From contig JANKJI020000002.1 in assembly GCA_024626585.2 (NCBI GenBank), positions 148,858,657 to 148,885,864 of the forward strand: a stretch of DNA of 27,208 bases, written 5' to 3'. This document shows, in pieces, positions 1-11,800 of this stretch; the stretch's first letter is position 1; the number at the start of each line of letters is the position of its first letter. The notes beneath the pieces were generated by a model, which saw only the letters and a list, made by a program, of their open reading frames with translations, was not told the DNA's origin and did no database searches. The stretch comes from Ginkgo biloba. Taxonomy: Eukaryota > Plantae > Ginkgophyta. The translations under genes and the position numbers were made by a program.

Positions 1-98
1 ATGATCTTGTCTTCATCTTGAGTGACACATCGACGTAGGACCCCATCAATTGCCCTCTTGTACAAGATATTGTCAAGTAAAACATAGCAAGAAGCTTG
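1..98 (-). mobile_element. Ty3/gypsy pol fragment (region between RNase H and the integrase zinc finger), interrupted by the LTR starting at 99
   Basis: The minus strand reads QASCYVLLDNILYKRAIDGVLRRCVTQDEDKI, matching the Y.L..G.LYKR..DG.LRRCV motif that precedes gypsy integrase. Confidence 0.75.
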
Positions 99-381
99 TG
101 TAAGGGTCTAGATGAATCCTTACCAATGACAAGAAAAGTAATTATTTAAATAAGAAAACTTAACGTGCACCTGCCTCCCCTTGGGCAAATAGTCTTTCTC
201 ATAAATGAGAACAAAGAAGAAGATATATGTATTTGATGATTATTAATTAGGGTTCTATGCCTATATATAGTTTTGAGGCACCCTTTTAGATCTTAAGAGG
301 TGACCTTTAGTTATAATTATTCTTTAATTAAGATTTGTTAGCTTTGCTTAAGATCTTTGAATTATAGTTATGTTAGAGACA
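99..381 (-). repeat. 3' LTR of the chromovirus-type element
   Basis: On the minus strand it begins TGTCTC (381), just after the purine tract AAGAAGGGG (392-400), and ends CCCTTACA (99). It contains a CTATATATAG TATA-like motif at 261-270. Confidence 0.65.
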
Positions 382-600
382 TAATATGTTGCCCCTTCTT
401 GAAAACACTTTGTCCTCAAAACTTGGACAGTGTTGGATGTTAGTGACTTCTTGTAAGGAATTTTTCTCAGGTTGATCTTTCCACTTAATTTTGTACTTGC
501 GAGGTTTCTTTATCCTCCATTCTCTTGTTTTTGTGTGGAATATGCCCTTTGGATTTGTACGTTCTTTGTCAATGTGAGGCACAATTGGCTATGGTAGAAT
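373..600 (-). pseudogene. Retrotransposon chromodomain (integrase C-terminal type), degenerate
   Basis: PHIDKERTNPKGIFHTKTREWRIKKPRKYKIKWKDQPEKNSLQE...FEDKVFSRRG resembles the chromovirus pattern PE.IL..R......EYLIKWK..P.E..TWE...LEDK...GG, which overlaps the PPT. Confidence 0.7.
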
Positions 601-838
601 CAAACTCTTGATTTGTTTATTTGAGTTGGTGATGTGGGGAATGTCTTGGACGACTTTTATTTTCAAAATTTGGTATGACAAGGTCATTTGGCATTGTTTT
701 TATGGGCGAGAATTGTTTGCACTACATATGGTCATTTGTTATGTTGGTTCGCTCAATTTCACTCATAAGTACAACTTTTTTGTTTGATTGTGAGCTTGAA
801 GGTAGATTTATGAGCCACTTTTGGCTATTGCACATCAC

Positions 839-1410
839 CTATTTTATGTCCTTTTTTTTGTNNNNNNNNNNAATACTTTGTTCTTTGTCATCATTGATTA
901 GTTCTTTAGTTGGATCTATTTCTTGGGAAGGTTGTAATTTTGTTTTGTACATTCTTGTCATGAATCCCATATGCACTTTTTGTGGAATGTTATTCATTTG
1001 TTTTTGGTTGACGAATGTGTTTTTCTTTGTAGATGTACCATTATTTCTATATAGTACTCCATTTAGTTTGAATTTCATAAAACTTTCATCATGGTTAATT
1101 ACATAGGAGCCTAATGTTTGAAGCCATTGAATGGCGAGTATTGCTTCTATTATGCCAATGGGCAAGGTGTAGAATGGATCCTCAAGTATGTATTCTCTGA
1201 TTTGAACTAGCATTCTGTCTATTGACCCTTGGCACATAATTGAGTGGTGTCTTGCAATTGACACAACAAAACTTTCTTGTTCATTGAGGTGTAACCTGAG
1301 TCTTTTAACATGGCGGATGTCAATGACATTATGTGTACTTCCTGAATTGACTAAGATTAACAACTTTCCTTTTTAGATAAATCCATGAACTTTAAATGTG
1401 TCTAGCCAAG
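839..1410 (-). pseudogene. Retroviral-type aspartic protease (RVP_2-like) with catalytic Asp changed to Asn, plus post-protease spacer
   Basis: TFKVHGFI*KGKLLILVNSGSTHNVID corresponds to VLIDSGSTHNFI. Downstream FYTLPIGIIEAILAIQWLQTLG corresponds to the D.VLG..WL.TLG motif. Confidence 0.85.
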
Positions 1411-1584
1411 GTATTGCTATCATTGTGATAGTGATATTCATATTTCATATTTTTCTACTTGGATTGGAGATTCTTGAAGCAATTCTTCATCGAAATTGTT
1501 GTTGATTTTTTTAGGTTCGTGGAAGTCATCGTGGTGGAGGTTATATTTGTTAGATTCAACATGGAATAATTTTGTGGTTGGTTT

Positions 1585-1818
1585 GCAAAGATGTCCTTTT
1601 TCCCATGGTTCGTTACACTTTTTACAAGGATAGTTTTTGGTTCTTTTGATTGGTCCTGTTGTGTTGGACTCATGTCTTGGTTTATCCTATTGCAATCTGG
1701 GTAGTGGTTAACACTAATTAAAGGGGTGGATTTTGTTGTACTGAAAACGTCTTTGATGGTATTTCTTATTGAGTTGGAGGTGAGTTTTGACCCAATAGTT
1801 GAGCCACTTGATTGGACA
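1585..1818 (-). pseudogene. gag C-terminal part with chromovirus-type zinc knuckle
   Basis: 1626-1585 translates CKKCNEPWEKGHLC (CX2CX3WX2GHXC). The upstream frameshifted YWVKTH...NSIRNTIKD resembles the gag WVK...P.TL..AI motif. Confidence 0.75.
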
Positions 1819-3820
1819 NNNNNNNNNNNNNNNNNNNNNNNNNNNNNNNNNNNNNNNNNNNNNNNNNNNNNNNNNNNNNNNNNNNNNNNNNNNNNNNNNN
1901 NNNNNNNNNNNNNNNNNNTAATTCTCCAAACCAGTGAGCTTCTCTGAGACAACTCCCATGATCCCACTTCTGCTAGCCATTTTTCCAGAAATTTAACAAG
2001 AAAGACACACCAACTAAGAGTTTGACACCCCTTGTGTTGAATAGTCTTTGTCTAATGTATGCAGAGTATTGCACCTATACTCGTCCTTGGAGGCACAAGG
2101 TTTCAATATACCAGAATGGTATGGGAAATTGAACCTTGGAAGGTGTACAACAACTTACTAACTTATAACCAATGACATATTACTATTAAGGGTGTTGATA
2201 CTATAAACCAAGGACTTCCTGGTCTTCTTATAGCACCAAAAGTATAACTCCTTATAACCCCTTGACTTCTTGCTGCACAAAACACCAATAGCAGGTCGGC
2301 TTTGTTCTGATGACCGAATCTACGTGTGCAGGTGCAATTACTTCGTGGGGGAGAGTACCCATTGCAGATAGCTGGAAATAGGAGAAAATGCACGAAGAAA
2401 GTAAAATTGATTTTATGTTCAAGGTTTTCTTTGGTCACCTCGCAGGGCTCCAAAATTACTCAGAACATTGATCTACATGTGGGTAGCCAGAATTCATGAC
2501 ACTAAAGCATCAATCATCATGCAAGATGTTGGAAATTCACCATGTGACCACACTTAGATAAAAGAAAATGACTCCTTACACCTAACTGTGTTTTCAAAAA
2601 ATAAAAAAGGACACTTAGAGACTTACAAAAGACAATTTACCCTTCCACGTAACCAGGGTCGGGGACTTAATTAACACTTTTTAATTAAATTTTTTTCTAT
2701 AGTTTAAGAACTTTGGAAAAGATTAAAAATTTGAAATTTTTTATTGTGCGCCATGCGACACGCTTTCCGTCTCCCCAACTTGGATTTTTGAACCTATTTG
2801 AGTTCAATCATCTGATTCACCTCCCGATGGCTTCTATTCTGTGTTCTTAGCATCGAATGAGTTTTTCACCTCCACAATCGAGTGTTCAATGTCATACAAC
2901 ATAGTCCATGAGCTCCCGGCATCGCAGTGTTCAATTTATCCATGGGCTACCTCCTGTTTTTTGCTATGGCGTCTCCTCCAAGATTCCAGCCTCCTGGGCC
3001 ACACATCTAGTGTCATGACCTATCTATAGCCACCAACGTTCCTTATCCCGGTGGTGCCTCATCTTCCCTCGACAACNNNNNNNNNNNNNNNNNNNNNNNN
3101 NNNNNNNNNNNNNNNNNNNNNNNNNNNNNNNNNNNNNNNNNNNNNNNNNNNNNNNNNNNNNNNNNNNNNNNNNNNNNNNNNNNNNNNNNNNNNNNNNNNN
3201 NNNNNNNNNNNNNNNNNNNNNNNNNNNNNNNNNNNNNNNNNNNNNNNNNNNNNNNNNNNNNNNNNNNNNNNNNNNNNNNNNNNNNNNNNNNNNNNNNNNN
3301 NNNNNNNNNNNNNNNNNNNNNNNNNNNNNNNNNNNNNNNNNNNNNNNNNNNNNNNNNNNNNNNNNNNNNNNNNNNNNNNNNNNNNNNNNNNNNNNNNNNN
3401 NNNNNNNNNNNNNNNNNNNNNNNNNNNNNNNNNNNNNNNNNNNNNNNNNNNNNNNNNNNNNNNNNNNNNNNNNNNNNNNNNNNNNNNNNNNNNNNNNNNN
3501 NNNNNNNNNNNNNNNNNNNNNNNNNNNNNNNNNNNNNNNNNNNNNNNNNNNNNNNNNNNNNNNNNNNNNNNNNNNNNNNNNNNNNNNNNNNNNNNNNNNN
3601 NNNNNNNNNNNNNNNNNNNNNNNNNNNNNNNNNNNNNNNNNNNNNNNNNNNNNNNNNNNNNNNNNNNNNNNNNNNNNNNNNNNNNNNNNNNNNNNNNNNN
3701 NNNNNNNNNNNNNNNNNNNNNNNNNNNNNNNNNNNNNNNNNNNNNNNNNNNNNNNNNNNNATCTAATTTTATATTACATTAAATAATTGACCTTATAACA
3801 TTAGGTTATAAGTCATGACA

Positions 3821-6544
3821 TGTAAACATTAATTATTCTAACAAAGACATGTATGTGTGTTATCTCATTAAATAACATGCAACATTAGAGTTGGTAATGC
3901 AAGGAGACTAGTTTTAATAAACATTTTGTTTTTGTTGCCTAAAATAAAATCCTGAAGTGTCGTTTTGTAGTAATGAGGTTTAGGCTTATCATGCTTTGCA
4001 AAGACCTAATAATACTAGTTGTCGTAGTGATGGAATCTCATGCTAAACATTGCTTGAGTTGGGGTCTTCAAATACTACCTAAGGAGCAATGAACCCTCTC
4101 GTCAATTCTAGAAATGAATGGAGAGAACAATAGGAAAAGTTAAAAGACTTTAATATGCCAAACAAAGTAGTTACTAGGCGAAGGTGAAAGTCCCAAGGCC
4201 AAATATAGTTGGAATAATAGCATGGGTGAATCAAATACAATGAGAATGCTTGGAGGGATTTTAGATACCTAAATATCGAGTCTTGAAAAGCAAGATGACA
4301 AAATAAACTTCAAATTAGAGGAAAATCTATAGACAATGGAGCTCCATGTTGAATGTTAAGATAGATAAAGGCCCCATGGCATTTTATAATGGAGATATAG
4401 AACCATCTTGCACATCATCAAAGGAAAGTAACATGGAAAACAACAATAGATGTGAGAATGTTTCTCTACTTAAAGATTTAATCTCCGATTTAATAATCTA
4501 TGAACTAGCAACATCCTTTATAGTGGAGAAAAACACACTATTTCACAAAAGATCCATTAGGAACTTGAGGAAATTGTAACAACTGTAACAGTAATAGTGG
4601 CAACAACAACCATTNNNNNNNNNNNNNNNNNNNNNNNNNNNNNAACAATAATAATAACAAAGGGAATAGACATTGTATATTGACTATGCTTTGTTACAAC
4701 TACACTATGATGTTATTAATCAACCAACAAATCACTTAGCGTTGCTAGAAAATATCCTCAAAACAAGGGTAAACCAATGATTGAGAGATCAAATTCCCTT
4801 TTTTAGTATGATATGTGGTGCCTCCATAGTATGGTGTCGATGCACTTGTATGAATNNNNNNNNNNNNNNNNNNNNNNNNNNNNNNGATGTTCCTCAATTC
4901 CTTCTAGAAGAGGTTGCAAGACCCACTCATCCGTATACAAGCAATGGAAGATCTTTGTCATGCACTTAGAGAATCTATCAAAGATTATGATATGAGAAGG
5001 CAAATATTTTTCAACAAGTTGCAACCAAGAAATGTATCGTTTTCACCACATTTAGTAAAAACTTTGTCCACGATTTACTACCACATGCTTGGATACCCTT
5101 AGACTATATCTTATGGTAAATTACTGATAGGTAATGATGATGGAAAATGAACTATTGGAAGAGTGACATGTTCACACGAGTAGTTATTTTGCATCTACAC
5201 TGGATCTACATATCCAACGTTTACAACAAGAGTTAGTAGCATTACGTGTGNNNNNNNNNNNNNNNNNNAATCTAGTCGTCAAGAACACAAAAGTCAAAAT
5301 TGCAAACAATTGATAAGAAGTCACTCAACTTGAACGATCAATTATTTGATGCTCACCAACTTTCAATTGCCAAGAACATATACAGAACAAGCATCTAGAA
5401 TAAGAAGTACAAGTGTTGGAATTATGGTGTGACATTTGTGAAGCACGACCCTTGGAATTACTATAATCAATGTTGCTAGAATAATTGTCGTGGTGGTCAG
5501 AAAACATCAAGGTGGCAAAGCACTCAACGTTGACTATAAAAAATCAATTGGTAGAAAACCTTGGACTCAATAGGAGCAATACAAAGATACCACCAAGCCA
5601 ATTTGTTGCCATGTCTTCGTGATGGGGGCCTACTTGGCTATATTTCCCACTAGAGAAAAGGGTTGAGGAATTTCATATGCGAGAAGTGCACCAATAGACC
5701 ATGAGTGGGAAAATTGTAAAACAATCACAAGAATAAAACTAAACATTTGAATCTTGCTAAAGAGTTCTTGAGATGCAACCTACAAACCAAAAGTAAGAGA
5801 CCCATAAGCATTACTAGAGAGGACTCTGATTTCCCAAACCTTGCTTGAAGAAATAGTGATTTTTCAAGAGACTATCCAAACTAACAACAAAGTGGTATAA
5901 GAAATAAAGGAACAACGCCAAGAAATTTTAAAATATCAACTGACATGTATGGAAGTAATAAAAAGGAAGCTTGCAGGGAAAGGTGACAAAAAAATTTACA
6001 ATAAACAACGATCAATAGAGCAAACTCCTTCATAGACAAAATTTGTAATAAAGGTGCCTATGAAAAATATTTGCAGAATTGAAACTAGAAGAGAAGACAA
6101 GAGATAAGCAATGGAGTTTTATTGAGAACAATTCNNNNNNNNNNNNNNNNNNNNNNNNNNNNNNNNNNNNNNNNNNNNNNNNNNNNNNNNNNNNNNNNNN
6201 NNNNNNNNNNNNNNNNNNNNNNNNNNNNNNNNNNTGGCCAACATCATTTGAAGATGTCAAGCGTTGGGTCAAGAAATGTGACGTATGTCGAAGAGTGAGA
6301 AAACCCAATTGTCAAATGCATCAACCCCTCCATGCCATTCTTATGACTGCCCCATTTGAACATTGTGGGACGAATCAACCTTCTAGCCAGAAGAACACGA
6401 GCTAGATATATTATGGTAGCCATCGATTTTGTGACAAAATGGTGTGAGGCTCATCTAATGCATTGATAGGATGCCAAAATAACAACAAGATTCTTGTATG
6501 AAAGGATCATCATGCATTTTGGTTGCCTATTACAATTAACCAGT
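3821..6544 (+). mobile_element. Degenerate non-chromovirus Ty3/gypsy element: decayed gag-like region and integrase N-terminal half
   Basis: Gag-like fragments with many stops lie at about 4700-5660 (QAMEDLCHALRESIKDY, WCDICE, a decayed knuckle near 5600). Integrase is clear at 6235-6544. The PR/RT/RH region is not seen, but a 100-N gap at 6135-6234 could hide it. The left boundary is approximate. Confidence 0.55.
6235..6544 (+). pseudogene. Gypsy integrase zinc-finger end and first half of the rve core, truncated
   Basis: WPTSFEDVKRWVKKCDVCRRVRKP...PLHAILMTAPFE, then after a frameshift RTRARYIMVAIDFVTKWCEA...TTRFLYERIIMHFGCLLQLTS. It stops just before the expected D-x-G. Confidence 0.9.
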
Positions 6545-7295
6545 TGATTTGCCTGAAGGATGCCCTTGGACAATTTCTTATCTATTGGAAGAGTTTCCTA
6601 AAATTAGGAGCCTCCTATTTTTTTTAAGGAGGTCTAGAGTGGTTTCCTATCTGTTGGAAGTGTTTCCCAAATTTTAGGAACCTCCCACTTTTTAGGAGCA
6701 CTAGTTAGTAATTGGGACCCACACAGGGTGACAATTGGTCAGCCTTATCAATAGTTATATGGCCACCACATCAATCCTACATGCTAGGAATCTCTTTGGC
6801 AAATTAATTTCCTTTTTTCTTGTAGATATGGTAGGAAACTATCCTTGGAAGAAGGGATTGCTTTAGATAGCAACAAAGCTTATCTCTATCTTGTATGGAT
6901 TAGAGTTATCATTATTCCACAACTCATGCAAGCATTCTCTACCATTTATTTGTATGGCTAAGAGCATTTTTGGGGTTGCATCCTTNNNNNNNNNNNNNNN
7001 NNNNNNNNNNNNNNNNNNNNNNNNNNNNNNNNNNNNTGGCCTAGTGTGAAAGTAAAAAGTGGTGCCTTTAAGCCATGGATTTCTATGACCCTATATAAAT
7101 TGGTGGAGACCAAGGGGAAGGCCATCTTTAAAGAGTAAGAAGTCATAATTTGAGTTAGAGTTTTTATGCCTTTGGCATTTTTGCAACTAAATCTTGTGTT
7201 GTTTGAAAGTGAACGTGTTCTCATATTTTCAGGAGTTTGAATGTGAGTGTCTTATTTAGGAAATTTCCAACGATCTAACTCTAAATTTATCATTT
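6545..7295. mobile_element. LTR-like non-coding repeat truncating the integrase
   Basis: Abrupt switch from coding sequence at TGATTTGCC. It contains an internal 69-bp-period duplication (6574 and 6643) and CCTATATAAAT near 7090. Confidence 0.4.
6574..6698. repeat. Two-copy diverged tandem repeat, 69-bp period
   Basis: TTTCTTATCTATTGGAAGAGTTTCCTAAAATTAGGAGCCTCC versus TTTCCTATCTGTTGGAAGTGTTTCCCAAATTTTAGGAACCTCC. Confidence 0.8.
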
Positions 7296-8477
7296 NNNNN
7301 NNNNNNNNNNNNNNNNNNNNNNNNNNNNNNNNNNNNNNNNNNNNNNNNNNNNNNNNNNNNNNNNNNNNNNNNNNNNNNNNNNNNNNNNNNNNNNNNNNNN
7401 NNNNNNNNNNNNNNNNNNNNNNNNNNNNNNNNNNNNNNNNNNNNNNNNNNNNNNNNNNNNNNNNNNNNNNNNNNNNNNNNNNNNNNNNNNNNNNNNNNNN
7501 NNNNNNNNNNNNNNNNNNNNNNNNNNNNNNNNNNNNNNNNNNNNNNNNNNNNNNNNNNNNNNNNNNNNNNNNNNNNNNNNNNNNNNNNNNNNNNNNNNNN
7601 NNNNNNNNNNNNNNNNNNNNNNNNNNNNNNNNNNNNNNNNNNNNNNNNNNNNNNNNNNNNNNNNNNNNNNNNNNNNNNNNNNNNNNNNNNNNNNNNNNNN
7701 NNNNNNNNNNNNNNNNNNNNNNNNNNNNNNNNNNNNNNNNNNNNNNNNNNNNNNNNNNNNNNNNNNNNNNNNNNNNNNNNNNNNNNNNNNNNNNNNNNNN
7801 NNNNNNNNNNNNNNNNNNNNNNNNNNNNNNNNNNNNNNNNNNNNNNNNNNNNNNNNNNNNNNNNNNNNNNNNNNNNNNNNNNNNNNNNNNNNNNNNNNNN
7901 NNNNNNNNNNNNNNNNNNNNNNNNNNNNNNNNNNNNNNNNNNNNNNNNNNNNNNNNNNNNNNNNNNNNNNNNNNNNNNNNNNNNNNNNNNNNNNNNNNNN
8001 NNNNNNNNNNNNNNNNNNNNNNNNNNNNNNNNNNNNNNNNNNNNNNNNNNNNNNNNNNNNNNNNNNNNNNNNNNNNNNNNNNNNNNNNNNNNNNNNNNNN
8101 NNNNNNNNNNNNNNNNNNNNNNNNNNNNNNNNNNNNNNNNNNNNNNNNNNNNNNNNNNNNNNNNNNNNNNNNNNNNNNNNNNNNNNNNNNNNNNNNNNNN
8201 NNNNNNNNNNNNNNNNNNNNNNNNNNNNNNNNNNNNNNNNNNNNNNNNNNNGAGGTCATCTTGCATGAAAGAGAAGACCTACAAGAAGTATATAGACTTA
8301 CATCTAGGTTGGAAGCCATGAAGCAATTTGCTGAACAAACAAAAACCAAGGCTTCCACACTTTCAAAATCCACATCCAATGATAAAGGAAAGGAAAAAGA
8401 AGTTGGTTCTTCTTAAAAGAAGCCTAAAGACAAGTGTAGAAGTGTACTCATTTTGAGAAGATTTAAGGCGCTCTTAC

Positions 8478-8891
8478 TGAGATAACATAACCTACATTTA
8501 ATGGTAACGAAGGCACATTTATTAGAGCAATTAGGGTGCATTAATTAAGGGTAATAAATGATGTATTATGAAGAGATACTATTAGGGTTGTGTTATTTGG
8601 CATCTATGAAGGCCAAAAAGTTATAAATAGGAGAGAAAAATGTGATCCAAGTTGTTAGAGATGAGAACAAGTGTTTAGGGTTAGGTTTGAGAGGCCTATC
8701 CTTAGGCATTTGTGCCATGTTCCATGTATCATTGAGTAATAAATGAGGATTGTACCTTGCATGTGTCTATTTCTCTTCGTTCTTATGAATACATAAATGA
8801 ATGTGTAATTAATGCATGCAATCCTTGTCATTATGATGCTAACCTATTGCTACTGATGGGATCTGCATTTGAGACCCCCATTTAGTCAACA
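8478..8891 (+). repeat. LTR (family copy 1, plus orientation)
   Basis: Runs TGAGATAACATAACC...TAGTCAACA with TATAAATAG at 8622. It is reverse-complement homologous to 15850-15970 and 18850-19070. For example, AATAAATGAGGATTGTACCTTGCATGTGT matches the reverse complement of ACACATGGGGTACAATCTTCATTATT, and GAGAGGCCTATCCT matches the reverse complement of AGGACAGGCCTCTC. Confidence 0.65.
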
Positions 8892-11800
8892 AGGACATCA
8901 ATAAAGAGTTAGAGTATTATAATATGAACTAGATTACAACTTCAAACATTCGTTTAGGATAGTTGGTCTAATGGTGAGTGCATTACACCAACTTATCCCC
9001 ATTGCGTGTTAAGAGTCTTTGATCCCATGATATTTGTCTTTATTTTGTGAATGCATCATTTATATGAAAACTCCTTAGACATGTAGCGATGATTTGCTAG
9101 CAACCTAAACAACTATTGGTAAACATATCCATTAATTATTGTGCCCTAAACATAGCAACTAAGGACTTATTTTCGATCCCATTCACCACAAATGTCATAA
9201 AAAAGGTTGTTGATCATGAGGTTTTTTAGTCACAGACAAATTTAGAGGCTTTAATCAAGTTAGCACTACACTAGAAGAACAATTGGAAACTAATAGTGGG
9301 GAGCAGGTCCATATCAAGTCATGCTATTTGTTCTAACCAATGCCCCATTGCATTTCATCATGTTATTTTAAATATTTTTTGAAAAAATTGATGGATAGGA
9401 AAGTTGAGTATTTCTTGATCATGAGACACTACATTCATTTATTAATGATTGTGTTGACAATATATGATAAATGCTACAAGTATGTTGAGAAAGCAACTTT
9501 GCCTCAACCTACAAAATTTCCATTTCATGGTGCCATTCATAATTCTTCTCAGGAACATTGTTACAAAGATGGATTACTCTTAGATCCAACAAAAGTGACA
9601 CTCATATTAGGGTTCCCAAGAACTCGAACTATGAATCAACTTAAAGGCTTTCTTGGTCTAAATGGTCATTACTGAGATTCTATCAAAAACTATGTGCAAC
9701 TACTTTCAATTTTTGAATTATTGCCAAAGAATAGAGCATTGTATGATTCAATGTTGGCATAACAACTTGCAATTTATGCATTAAAGAGAAAAGTGGGCGA
9801 TGCCCCATATTATGCTTTCCCAACTAGAGGAATAAATTTCACATTCGCATTGACACATTGTGCAATAGAATTAGAAGTGTGTTAGCTCAACTTGGGGAAG
9901 AGAATATTGGTGACCCCCTATACTTCACTAGTAGGAAATTATCTTTAGTTGAATAGAATTATATTGTTAATGAGTGAGAAGGCTTGAGAGTGATTTACTC
10001 CATCCAAAAATTTCTCCATTGCCTACTAACAAGTCACTAATGTGCCTAATCATCAAACCATTTTTACGGAGAAAAATTAGTTGTTGGTTGATACTCTTCC
10101 AAGAATTAAATTTCGTGATATCATACGTGGAGCTTGACACAAAGTGCTTGATCACTTATCGNNNNNNNNNNNNNNNNNNNNNNNNNNNNNNNNNNNNNNN
10201 NNNNNNNNNNNNNNNNNNNNNNNNNNNNNNNNNNNNNNNNNNNNNNNNNNNNNNNNNNNNNTGGAATACCTTGTCTCAAGTCAAATGTTGTCGAGACTTG
10301 ACAAAATAGAGTGTCACAACCTTGCACACCATCATAGACCATATAAATTGATTGAAGGCATATTAAACACAATAGTTCTTGACAACATCCTTACGACGAT
10401 GCATGATCGAACACGAAGTTTCAACAATGGTATGTATGCATAAGAAGAGATATTAGGGGAGACTTCTTATGCGATGATAATGCCCAATAAATACTATTGC
10501 TTGATTTATGGTGGCCTACATTATTTCACAACGTTGAATAATGGGGAAATTTGTGTGACAATTTCCAATGAGTAGCAAACCCTACAACATTCATCACCAA
10601 CCATTAAATGGAGTCCTCACATGGTTTTCATTAAAAATATTCGGGATTGGACTTTGTTAGACCATTCCTTAGTTACTTGGAAACACAATTTACGTCTCAC
10701 ATTTCACTTCCCAAATGTTGCCTTTTGCATTTTGCAATGCATATTCTTTTAATTCTTTTTAAATCAAATGTTTTAAGGGTGTTTAGGCTAAGTTTTGGAC
10801 ACAGTCCTCACGCTTCACTAGAAGCATCACTGAAATGTTCCCCTCGACATCCAAAAAACTCAATTCAAAGGCCCTTTTGCTTTCTTTTCCAAGTTATTTC
10901 ACAGGTATGTAGATTGCTGGGACGAGGTTTGTAGAGATTTTCAATGAATAATGAGCAAGCTTCATTTATGGGCATTGGTTTTCAAATTTTGAGTAATCTA
11001 TATACACTTGTATGTGTCTTTAAGTGCTTGTTTGTATGGTGATTGCAAAAGACATGTTGCAACCAATGCTTTGCAAATATGTGTTATAGGTTAGGTTTGC
11101 AAAGCAACCTAATTCTCTACATGCACATTTAGCACCCACAAGAACAACACTAAAGTTTCATAAAATATAATATAAGTAATACATACACACTATTCTGAAT
11201 GTGAATAAGGACACCTAATTTGAGTTCTTTGTGGATATTTGTGATTGCCTACTCCAATGTTTATGGATAATATTGACTCATGAGTGCATGGTTACAATCC
11301 ATAGATATGAATAACGATTGCAAATTTCTTTGATGTAGGAATGAATGTTAAATATTTTATAATACTTTTATATTTTTTATTCTTTTCATATATTAGAAAT
11401 GTTTCTTACGCAGAAAGTTCAAAAATCTGGCTTTTCTTGTTTTAGACTTTTAGTAACTAAAGGTTACTATTTGGCTGTATTGTGCAAGGAACTCATCCTC
11501 ATCGCAATCAATGTGGGGATGAAATGGATTGAGGCTTGTCCAATCCACTATTGCAATGCTCAAAGTATCGTACGATTTCTTCACTAGATGATAACTACCT
11601 GATTTAGGTGTCCCATTAAATGCATTAGTAATCTTGGGGGGGTGGTTGTCAACATAGTGATCAAACACTTAATACATGATTCATGAATTTGTGTCACAAA
11701 TTGAAACCCTCCTACCTCCATATTGATGGACAAGACGAATGTACCAACACAATACTTAAAAATATTTTAATTAAGATTTGTGAGTAGATTTAATTGGGTT

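Larger units (their letters stand above)
99..3820 (-). mobile_element. Degenerate chromovirus-type Ty3/gypsy LTR retrotransposon, apparently non-autonomous (gag-PR-chromodomain)
   Basis: Minus-strand order: probable 5' LTR start at 3820 (TGTCATGACTTATAACC, resembling the 3' LTR start TGTCTCTAACATAAC, rest probably in gap 3077-3760), long leader, gag with zinc knuckle, aspartic protease, chromodomain, PPT, then a TG...CA LTR. No matching TSD was found, so the right boundary is tentative. Confidence 0.7.

Noticed and set aside
675-1106. 143-aa hydrophobic plus-strand ORF
   Set aside because: It is the antisense shadow of the A-rich retrotransposon protease/linker frame, with no independent motif.
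4575-4660. AAC/AAT-rich low-complexity tract
   Set aside because: Ordinary trinucleotide low complexity within a decayed retroelement, partly gapped.
3051-8416. Long ORFs in the track (243, 389, 375 and 336 aa) and similar X-rich ORFs elsewhere
   Set aside because: Their length comes from N-runs.
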